A stretch of DNA of 64,000 nucleotides from Octopus vulgaris (lineage: Eukaryota). The stretch covers positions 97,464,001 through 97,528,000 of the forward strand of contig OX597816.1 in NCBI GenBank assembly GCA_951406725.2. The letters are read 5' to 3'. A program made the position numbers and the translations under genes. The notes under the pieces were generated by a model. The model saw only the letters and a program-made list of their open reading frames with translations, did not search any database and was not told the origin of the DNA. Of this stretch, positions 53,230 to 64,000 are shown in pieces (the stretch's first letter is position 1; every line of letters starts with the position of its first letter).

Positions 53230-53622
53230 ATAGGAGAAGGAAAGATCCAGAGAAGGGAAGGCAGGAAAAAAAATCGCCAACGGTACACACGAGGTCACAT
53301 TTTGAAAGACCAAACATATACATATTTATATATGTAAATTCCATTTATGTTTCAGCCTTGGAGATTACATAATAAATCTTGTCGTACGGGTAGCGGCTAT
53401 GATGTACTATCATCCGACGAATTCCCCGTGCCCCCTGTTCTATTTAGTCCATTCACTCCATAGTGTGTATCATTAACTGTGCATGCTTTTCTGTCTGCAT
53501 CTGTGTGTATTAAATAGCATCTTTAGAATTTTGTGAAAACGCCTGAAATTGGTTGTTCAAGAAAGATTTTTTATTAAACTTAGTGTATAATATTGATGCT
53601 TTCTTCTCCAGTCATATTGCGC

Positions 53623-53674
<52 letters not shown>

Positions 53675-53747
53675 CCAAATAAACACTCACAGTATATATT
53701 CTTTCTTCACTCGTTTATTATTATTATTATTTTATCTTATTGCTATT

Positions 53748-53790
53748 GTCTGGAAATCTTTCGTTACACAACATTGATCTCTTCAGTGAC
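53748..53790 (-). ncRNA. Degenerate type I hammerhead-like motif
   Basis: Minus strand: GTCA-CTGAAGA-GATCAATGTTGTGTAAC-GAAAGATTT-C-CAGAC. Core present, stems imperfect. Confidence 0.3.
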
Positions 53791-54411
53791 TCTTCCATCC
53801 CACGTTTCCCACCTTACTGTGTTTAGCCCAACCAAAATATACTAGAGATTCATGTTCGTGGATGATACCCATGGCTACGATCAGCATGTCTTTTTCGGAA
53901 ACCTTTAGATAAGGTAAATCTATTAATTAATGTAGTAGAAAGGCTAGGAACTCCCAATAAAATCTCTGATCTGTAGAACGTATCTATTTGATAGATACGG
54001 TGAACTACTGTATAGTATATAAAGTGACCCAACAGGTTAACTGTAAGATTAGGAATGTAGTCTATAGCTTACCACGGTGCAGAAACAAGACAACTTACCT
54101 TGGGAAGCCGGCATGTAGCATAGAGGAGCGGACAAGCGTACACTGGTAGGAGCTCAAAAAGGAGACAATCTCGTCCGTACTATCCCAACATGATCAATTT
54201 GTACACAGGTTAAGGCATTATCTACGCATAGAACAGACACAACACTTAGACCACGGAGGCAACACACATAATAATAGACAAACCGAACCTCAAAAGAAAA
54301 CACGAATGAAACAATAATACCCACCACCACCACCACCACCACCACCACACTACGTGACACGAGGACTAAAGACAGAAGCGGCGAAAGAGACAAATACAAA
54401 CAGTATAATAA

Positions 54412-54998
54412 TTTGTATTGTGAATTTCCTCACTAGAACCGAATGTTCCACGTAATAACATAATACAGTTATATCCCCAGATAATTATTTGGTGTGCAGC
54501 AAAAAGCAGTTAAATGCCATCTTCTCAGATGCATCTTTATTTTGAAAAACGAAAACCAAACTCTTATTGGAAAATCTATATAAACCTATATACAAACACA
54601 TACAAGAAACACATACACAATCTTAAAAAAATAGAAAAAGAGATAAATAAATAAATGAAAGGAAAACTATATAAAGGCCACGGAATATAAAGAATATAGT
54701 GAGCGAACTCATACACACACACCAAAACACATAGAAAACACATAGACACGCGTACACACATGCACGCACACAAGCACCCCCCCACACATACACATATGTA
54801 TACACGTACTCACACCTCTTGTCTATTCATGCTAGATTATCCAATGAGAATTTGGTTTTCTTTATTTAAAGAAAAACCAAATTTTCTTTAAATAAGAAAA
54901 TTTATTTAAAGAAAGCGTCTGAGAGGACGTGTCATTTAACTGTTTTTTGATGCACAACAAATTATTATTGGTTCTTGTGAGGAAATTCACAGCACAAA
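54412..54998. repeat. Diverged inverted repeat (about 165-bp arms, about 255-bp spacer); old MITE/foldback
   Basis: 54412-54578 versus the reverse complement of 54833-54998 share TGTGAATTTCCTCAC.AGAACC, CAGTTAAATG and GAAAACCAAA.TCT.ATTGGA.AATCTA. Confidence 0.8.
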
Positions 54999-56086
54999 GT
55001 TAATTTCTTGGACCTGGAATTAAAATCAAATCGGTTAACTAACTTACTAGACATGCTGTGAATCCGTCTGCCTTCTGACATTAAATATATCACTAAAATA
55101 GTCGAGTGACGATGAAAGAGTCCCAAAGTCGATTCTTTGGAATCATAGCCAAATTCTCTTTAAATCAAAGTCTGCAATATTTCGAAACGCAAGGGCACAT
55201 TAGATAATGTATGGAAGTAAAATGCTTGAAAAACATATGTAAATGTGACACATATATAAGTGTCTATGATAACATATCTGTTCCATGAAGTAATGCAAAG
55301 ACCCACAAAGACCAACATCAACAAGAAGATTTATTATCAAAGGTATCTCTAATTCTGTATATCTGAAAACATCTGCCAAATTAATGAAACTGTTGCGTTT
55401 GATTTGAGGTAGATTTGGCTCCTATTTTTAAAGGATCGAGCGACCGTGTATTGGCTTGCACGTTCGCTCGTCAGAATTCTTTGACACTGTGACAGACATG
55501 TACATTTAAAATTAGAACGTCAGTTATATCCGTCAGAGATTGATACCCATGCATACTGTTATAAAAAAAGAACCATCCAGTAATCCCTGTCAGTTATTCA
55601 GTTGAAATGCTTCAAATATGTCTCACTAAGACATGGTTTATCTAATATGGATACTTTTACGAGTACGATTCGCATAAAAGCTATCAAAATATCTAAAGTA
55701 GATTTCACAAAGTACTGATGTACTGCTGTAAACTGTATCAAATATTTACTATAAAACGTATAAAACATACACACAAACAAAACCGCATGCGTTTACGAAG
55801 ATTTTCTCTCTTTCTCTTTCACACGCATATGCATACAATCACACAGCTATAGGCGCACATTAAAATATAAGTATAAAACACACAAACACACACAAACACA
55901 CGCACAGTCATGTTAGTTGCAGTCGGCTGTAACATACACAGAGATTCGAGGGAGCATCGACTTACCTACAAGTTATACGTACAACCCTATGCCTGTACTA
56001 AATACATACATTTAGCACAAGCATACTCACGTACACACATACACGATCGCACGCGGGCACACAGTCACTCAAATACACACACACAG

Positions 56087-56133
<47 letters not shown>

Positions 56134-56137
56134 CATG

Positions 56138-56169
<32 letters not shown>

Positions 56170-56381
56170 AATAAATAAAATATATGCATACATACAAACA
56201 TATATGTACGTACCTACATCTACATGTATATATACATGCATATATAAATATATATACGTGTGTACAGGATACCACAAATAGACGTAGAACTCAACGAGAA
56301 ACGAAAAAGTAAAAACAGCATGGAACGGACCATTTTTTAACAACGAAAAAACAGAGTACAAGACAACTACACAAGGAAAAA

Positions 56382-56443
56382 CCCCCTTCATCAGCTGTCC
56401 CTAGTTCAACTCCAGCGTGTTTCGAAGGTGAGGACAGAACACG
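56382..56443 (-). ncRNA. Nested/permuted hammerhead-like motif, copy 1
   Basis: Minus strand: CGTGT-T-CTGTCC-TCA-CCTTC-GAAACACG-CTGGAGTTGAACTAG-GGACAG-CTGATGA-AGGGGG. All invariant core nucleotides present. Confidence 0.6.
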
Positions 56444-57136
56444 TCTCGCCGAACAAGTCCTTCCTGCGAAAGAATTAAATAAAATTCCTTTGCAGAGGGG
56501 TAAAAACAAGGAAAAAAGAAGTGACAAAAACAGGACGTAAAAACAATACAAAATAAAAATACAATTACAAAAAATACAGTACAAGAATGAATAGAAACAG
56601 GACAGGAAAACAAATAATGAGGGCCTATAAGCCTAGACGAGGAAAAAATTTTCACGAGCGCAGGAAGAAACATGTTTACTTGAAGAAGGCCGCCAGTGAA
56701 AGGAAGTTCGTCAACCCGGCTGTGAGAGAGATGAGGAGGAGTGAGAGAGAGAGAGAGAGATAGAGAGGAAGGAAGTCAAAGAGGGTGAAAGAGAGAAGAA
56801 GGAGTTATAGAGTTTCGCGTCATAATTATGTATAAAAACCAGTTTAGAGAAGAGGAATAACGAAACGAAACGAAACGAATCGAATCGAATCGACGCGAGG
56901 GCGCTCAGTCATACAATAGTGTAATAAATAAAATATATGCATACATACAAACATATATGTACGTACCTACATCTACATGTATATATACATGCATATATAA
57001 ATATATATACGTGTGTACAGGACACCACAAATAGAAGTAGAACTCAACGAGAAACGAAAAAGTAAAAACAGCATGGAACGGACCATTTTTTTAACAACGA
57101 AAAAACAGAGTACAAGACAACTACACAAGGAAAAAT

Positions 57137-57197
57137 CCCCTTCATCAGCTGTCCCTAGTTCAACTCTAGCGTGTTTCGAAGGTGAGGACAGAACACG
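57137..57197 (-). ncRNA. Nested/permuted hammerhead-like motif, copy 2
   Basis: Same as 56382-56443 with linker CTAGAGTTGAACTAG. Confidence 0.6.
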
Positions 57198-57849
57198 TCT
57201 CGCCGAACAAATCCTTCCTGCGAAAAAATTAAATAAAATTCCTTTGCAGAGGGGTAAGAACGAGTCTGTGTGTGTGTTTATGTGTGTGTCTATGGGTGTT
57301 AGTGTTTGAATGACAGAGTGAAGCTGAAGTGTAGTACAACAGTAACCACTTCATATGAGACAGAAGAAAGTTTGGGTTTCTCCAAATGCAGGAGAAACTA
57401 GCGTACATAGACTTGTCGCATGACACGCTAGCATGTTCAGCATTGTAAAGGGAGACCTAAACTCGATACATACACACGCGTACGCGCCTTATTTTTCGCT
57501 AGTTAATAGAACATGTGATCATAATATCAGGTTTCGTTTCCTAGAGTGAATGGTATGTTGTGTGCTTGATAAGAGCGCATTCTTTACGGTTTCTTGTTCA
57601 TCAGTGAAAACATGTGTCGCACTGTGCCTTTTCCTAATCCTCTGTCTCTCCTATTCTTGAAGTTAAGCTAGACCACATTATAGTAGGTCTTGATGACTGT
57701 ACGCGAAGAAATAATCACGTTAAATAACCAAGGAAAGGATATATGTCCTACCAAGTTATAAATGTTTGTAAATGACGTGTATTTTTACACACATATATGC
57801 ACATAACTATACACATACACACATGTAAACGCAAGCAACACATAGATGT

Positions 57850-58030
57850 TTCTTTTATTTCTCTTTTACTTGTTTCAGTCATTGGAAAGCTGCCATGCTG
57901 AAGGTACCACTTTTTAGGGGTTAATCGAACTAATCTCACCAATTGCTTATTTATTTAAAGCCTGATTTTTCTATCACCCTCCTTTACCAAGCCCCTATTT
58001 TCATAAAGACGTAAATACACGAACACTGGT
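57850..58030 (-). mobile_element. SINE 3' half (family of 38809-39233)
   Basis: TCTTTTACTTGTTTCAGTCATT..GCCATGCT and the downstream sequence resemble 38815-38980. Confidence 0.6.
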
Positions 58031-58139
58031 TTTTAATTGACATTGGTGCACAAAGTCAAACAGATATATACATGTTGTTTGTGAAGCAGAAATCCATGAC
58101 ATTTTCCCCCTTCTTAGTGAAACAGTATTTACTCCATAA

Positions 58140-58378
58140 AGGACATCTTAGCGAAGTCAAGCAGAGATTCTGCTTCAGGTTGCGCAGTTACATACTCATG
58201 AGAAGGTGGCCCTCAGGCCATTCGACATAAGGGAGGTTGAAATTCCCTAGGATTTGATTGGTTAATATTTCTTTCATTTCTTGGAGGCTCTCTTCAAATG
58301 AATCCCCATAATTTGGAGCATCGGGTGGGCGATATGTGGTACATATTAATATTTGCATCTGTTTAATATGTACCACCA
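58140..58378 (-). mobile_element. LINE apurinic-endonuclease-like fragment (CR1/L2 group)
   Basis: ORF 58188-58379: ICTTYRPPDAP...ILGNFNLPYVEW (YRPP and GDFNLP.I.W motifs). Confidence 0.7.
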
Positions 58379-59517
58379 CTTTCTCACTTTATATATATAT
58401 ATATATATATGCGGTAAATAGGAAACTGCATCGCGAGATAAGAGCCAGAGCACAAACGCACGCGCACACACTCGCACACACACAACACTCATACACTCAC
58501 ATACATACACTCACACACACACACACATACAGACGTTGCTACTAACAGTTATGCAAAGTGTTATATTAAGTCTTTAGTATTTCATCACAAAGCTAAGAAA
58601 AATATAAAAAAAAACAAACCAAAAAAAAAAGATGAGGTAACTTATTTGCTATTTGAAAAATTGAAGATTATGTGACGCTAAATTTTCTAGTCAATATTGA
58701 CTTCATTTAATGAAGTATTTACATAAGACATAGAATTGTAGATATTAACACAATGATTGCAGAAATAAATAATAGATATTTCAATGGAACAAAAGTAACC
58801 GAATAAAGAAGATAAGTTTAGTGTATTGTTTCTTCCAAGTAATTAGTACAATTCCTTCAATGCATTTTAACGAAAATAGAAAATGGGAAAAAGATGAAAA
58901 CAACAAATTCTATGATATTTCCGTGTCTAATACTTTGGATTACGCTTGTATGCTCTTATTGTAGATTAATTTTGATGGCAATAATATCCAGACACATTGA
59001 AAGCATAACAGTTGCGACAATATTTTTTTTACCGTTCACAGACGAAATGTGATAAATAGTTCAATGGTGTACTGATGAAAATGTTGATAATAAAGCGGTT
59101 TAATATATTCTATAGATATTAATTTTCTTACCAACGCAATTTCCTTTTCCTTTCCTGAGTATTTCGGGAAAAGAAATTGTGTGTGCACACTGATGTACAC
59201 GCGTTCGGGCTAAAACAACAGGCATTATTCAATGAATGTCAGCGTGTTTAATATATTTGGAGGCGTAATAAAATTCAGTTTGATCTCATATGCGATTAAT
59301 CGTTAATGAATGCAGATAGAGAGAAACTCTGAGTAGCGAAGAACTGAAACAGACAAATATATACGTTTGTTCAGCTTATGATAGATGTTACAGTGATCAT
59401 CTTTTAGTCGTGAGAGAAGTAATGAATCATAATTCTTCAACCCCGCTCCCGTGCGCACGCACATACATACATACATACACACATATATACTTACATACAT
59501 ACATACATACACACATA

Positions 59518-59562
<45 letters not shown>

Positions 59563-59937
59563 GTATATATTTATGTATGTATATATGTGTGCGTGTTTGT
59601 ATGTAGGTCGTACGCAAAAAGCATATCTATGGCTTGTGGGGCGATATAGTTTCGCTAAAATATCATTTTATTGTTTATTCAACTGTAGCATAATGTGTAG
59701 CTTACATTTCATTGAACTTTTAACTACCATATTATCTTGAGTATCTCATTATGCATAATTTGCGAATTAATACTGAATATCTCGAAACTTTAGAAGGTAT
59801 TTGCAAGTAAATTTCCTTTTTATTACGGAGATGAGTTGGAATGTTGCGAAGATTAAAATGTTTATTCGAATATTGTTTCCACTTTTGCATAATCGCAATT
59901 GTGACAAACTGAAATAATGAAACAGCGCAAACGCAAG

Positions 59938-59969
<32 letters not shown>

Positions 59970-59983
59970 TGTATGTATGTATG

Positions 59984-60015
<32 letters not shown>

Positions 60016-60483
60016 AACACAGTGTAGAGAAAATTGAAGACGCAAATCATAGGCGTTAAGACACATTCCCGAACGCATAAATGAAATTATTCAATCAAAG
60101 TAGTTGAATCCCATATAAGTATAGTAGAAATGTAAAAATATATTAAAATACATATAAAAATTTCATATAAATATAATTTATATGTAAGGAGTTGCAAAAC
60201 GAATGAGAGGTTGATAAATATAGAAATAAAAACGTCAACAATCAAAATGGCAAACCGCCTAAATCGCCTGAAAATCACTTATATATATAGAATATAAGAT
60301 AGAAATAATGCTAGATATCAAGGTTTAGAAAAACAAATAAAAATAAAATAGGATCCCAGAATAGAAGGGTGTTCTATCTAAATGCACATCAGAGTTCGAT
60401 GTCGAGCTTTGCCGAGCGGCTTTACTCTGCGTGCTTTAGCTTCGCTACTATAGCAACAGTCCGGATACTTATTGATCAGATCT

Positions 60484-60548
<65 letters not shown>

Positions 60549-60742
60549 CAGCGAGAAGATAGGAGAGAGAAACACCAGAGTGTGTGTGTCTCTAGTTATT
60601 TACTTTAATCGAAGTCCGGTGCTGCGCATTTGATGTCATTTGATGAATATATATTGATAAAAGTCCCAGTATGTAATGTGTACAAGGGTCGATATTATTG
60701 AATAAATATATTATTGAATTTGGTTGCTCTTTATGGCTGATG

Positions 60743-61010
60743 GTGGAGGCGCGTGGCTTAGTGGTTAGGGTGTGAGCATCATGACCGTAAGATTGTGGTT
60801 TCGATTCCTGGACCAAGCGACGCATTGTGTTCTTGAGCAAAAGACTTCCTTTCACGTTGCTCTAGTCCACTCAGCTGGTAAAAATGAGTAACACTGCGAT
60901 GGACTGGCGTCCTCTCCAGCTGGGGAACACATACGCCATTGAAACCAGGAAACCGGGCCCATGAGCCTTGCTAGGCTATAAAAGGGCGTATTTATTTATT
61001 TTTTTTTATC
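60743..61010 (+). mobile_element. Complete tRNA-derived SINE with target-site duplication
   Basis: A box TGGCTTAGTGG, B box GGTTTCGATTCC, (TTTA)/T tail. 11-bp TSD TATGGCTGATG at 60732-60742 and 61011-61021. Confidence 0.88.
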
Positions 61011-62583
61011 TATGGCTGATGTTCATTAACTGGAACGAGTAAAATAACAAATTACACATTTTGCAGTCACATTTTAGACACCGCACCATAAACATATGCT
61101 GAATAAGTAGTTCAATTTCTTTAAATAAGTAAATGAAGCTAATGAAAAAATAGAAAGAATATGTTGCGTATAGGTAATTTATACAGTAAAATCTTAATAC
61201 AATACTTGAAATTTTATTCTATATATGTATCCATAAGTACGTCCTTCCCTTCTATACTTATTTGATATAACGAAGAGAGACAATTTATTACCCCTCGCCC
61301 ACCGCTTTTATTACAAATATAACTTTTTATAAATTAGAATTTTAAGAGATACAAAAGATAATGATTATAGTGCAAAAGGAATGACGATCGTCGTCGCAAT
61401 GGAATTATAAAAAAAGAAAATCTTTTCATAAATTTACATCAAAATTTTATGTACCTGTTTTCGCCATGAGGGCGCGTATGCAAGAAAAAAAACACACAAT
61501 TTATTTCGAGAAATAGAGAAAAATGGAATATCTTCTATACTAGCTTCATTTGGAATTCAAAAGACAGTCTTGGCTTCTTGGCATTCCTGATGAAAAGACA
61601 TGAACTGAGTAATTCATTCCAGCATTATTCGTTTTCTCTTTGATTTTCATTTCTTCCTAACTTTCTATTTTGCCATTCAATTTACAAAGAAAACAGTAAC
61701 CTGAATATATTACTTATAAATAATGTAAAGAGTTGTCTATCTCTTAGTCTACAGAGATGAAGCACACTATTGTAGCAATGTGTTTATGGATATATTTATA
61801 GAAGAATATATGAAATATTAAATATATTTACAATTGATCGTGTGAACATAACACTTTGAGAAAGATAGGAATTTCTTCACGTCTGAGGTTTCTTCACCCC
61901 CTAATACAAAAGAATCAAAAGAAATCAAAACGATAGCAGTTTTCAATCGATTCATTGTTACTTTAAAAAGATAAAAAAAAGAGCAGAGCCATTGAGAGTA
62001 ATTCCAATGGCTGATGACTGTCTAATATCACAAGGTAGTTGTTTCGATTCTCCGATCTCGGAGCTAGTTATGCTTTGAAATATTTGATGGTTAAATGATA
62101 GGTATACTGAGTTCTATTTCTCCTGTTTGTTCTATCAAATCTTTATATAAATGGCTGCATCTACACATATATGCTCATACATACATCTATTCACACACAC
62201 TCACACACACACACACACACAAATACACAAATGCATGCACACACTCACAAACACATGTAAACACATGTTGCAGCTTTCTAACACCTTGTCAACACTCGAA
62301 CCGAAAAGAAATCTAATACCACTAAAACAAAAGTTGGAAAACCACTTTTAAGCGAGAAACTCATGACTGAGTTACTATTTCTAAACGTCTAATGATTTGT
62401 AATAAACTCAGTTCATTCCAATTTATTCCAATTTTTTTGTATATATTCAACGGATACTTGTGGATTTCCACATTTATATCTAGTAAAAGAATACGTCCTA
62501 CTGCATGTTAGCATCTAATAATCGATAAACGAAGAACAGCGTTGGAAAGCACGCCATAAAGTGTGTGCGTCAGTGTGTATATA

Positions 62584-62667
<84 letters not shown>

Positions 62668-63097
62668 ATAGATAGGCAAATTTTAGATAGGCAAAAGAAG
62701 CAAAATTGTCAGAGCACGATTGTTCCATAGACTTTATGAACACAATACACGCGTAACACCACAGCTGCGTATTAAACTAACATTCTCCATAAAACATAAT
62801 GTTGAAACGGAGCTATTTTCATATCTCGAAGTTAACTTGGTGCTTATTTAACGTAATATAATACATTACGCTCCTTTTAAAAGTTATATTTAATAAAGAT
62901 TTACAATACACTAAGGACTAATATATTAAGGCACATCACCGCAACACCACGCTACCAAATTTGATCAAATTACTTATTAACGCAAAGTAGAAGTAAATGT
63001 TATTATAAGCATGGATTTCATAAAGATATGTGTAACGATTAAACTGACAGGGCTTAAACAACGCGTGTGTGTGTGTGTGTGTGTATATATATGTATA

Positions 63098-63162
<65 letters not shown>

Positions 63163-63217
63163 GTGTGTGTACATGCATACATAAATATATATACGTACAT
63201 TCATATATATATGTATG

Positions 63218-63287
<70 letters not shown>

Positions 63288-63463
63288 CATAGATAAATAG
63301 ACAGGCAGATAGCAAATTAGATACCTAAGTAGATAGATAGATTCACACATAATCATCCCTCTTGATCGAAATCGGCTTTTTGATGAATGTATTAATATTT
63401 ACAGACTAGCGGATAAAATTTCTTACTTACAGACATGCATATACACATACACACACACACACG

Positions 63464-63556
<93 letters not shown>

Positions 63557-64000
63557 GTATATATATATATACATACATATATTAATGGCATGTGATGATA
63601 ATATTTATTAATTTCTGTTTATGTGTCTAATTACTATGAAGCTAGCAGATACGAACATTATTTTAATCTGTTAATGAATGGTTAATATGTTTGGTAACAG
63701 CAGTTATAAGTTGGTTGAACTTCAGTCAAGGAAAATATAACGTGATATGCTTGTTTTTCCACTTTTCATTGTACATGAAATGTTTATCCTACGTTCTTTG
63801 TATATAATTCAATCTATACGGAAATCAATCATTGTAAACATTTTTCAAACGGTATACACAATTATAAACATAGCAACATCTGCGATATGCGATGCTAACC
63901 GGTTTAGATATTGCTTTTAACTAATGCCTAATGTAGTTCTCTAGTTGAAAATTTTAACACAGCAACGTGGCTTTTGTAATTACGTACACCGAATCATACT

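Larger units (their letters stand above)
56166..57257 (-). mobile_element. Non-coding element with about 340-bp direct repeats, each carrying a nested hammerhead-like motif (pLTR/retrozyme-like)
   Basis: Direct repeats 56166-56503 and 56919-57257 differ by only a few bases. The interior of about 415 bp is non-coding. (TA)n on the left and TG-rich sequence on the right. Confidence 0.65.

Overview
AT-rich, microsatellite-saturated eukaryotic non-coding DNA. The (TA)n/(CA)n/(TAA)n/(TATC)n load and the SINE/LINE mix look cephalopod-like (inference). I see no intact host protein-coding gene, and nearly all listed short ORFs are translated microsatellites. Recognisable elements: a near full-length R4/Dong-clade RLE retrotransposon (21.6-25.7 kb, two stops plus one frameshift) in a (TAA)n cluster with a second Dong 3' fragment and a decayed 18S rRNA fragment; two L1/Tx1-clade 3' fragments inserted in (TATC)n; Penelope-like (RT/GIY-YIG) remnants; two mariner relics plus mariner MITEs; CR1/L2-type fragments; and several SINEs. 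The most striking signal is about 11 hammerhead-ribozyme-like motifs read by eye. Seven are type I, most with a palindromic stem III, and two of these look intact (9252-9322 -, 29466-29543 +). Four others (8309-8367, 15235-15290, 56382-56443, 57137-57197; all -) share a non-standard nested strand order: stemIII-UH-stemI, then stemII'-GAAA-stemIII', then stemI'-CUGANGA-stemII. They show compensatory base changes, and two sit in 754-bp-spaced direct repeats with a retrozyme-like layout. All RNA structures were paired manually and none has been computed or tested.
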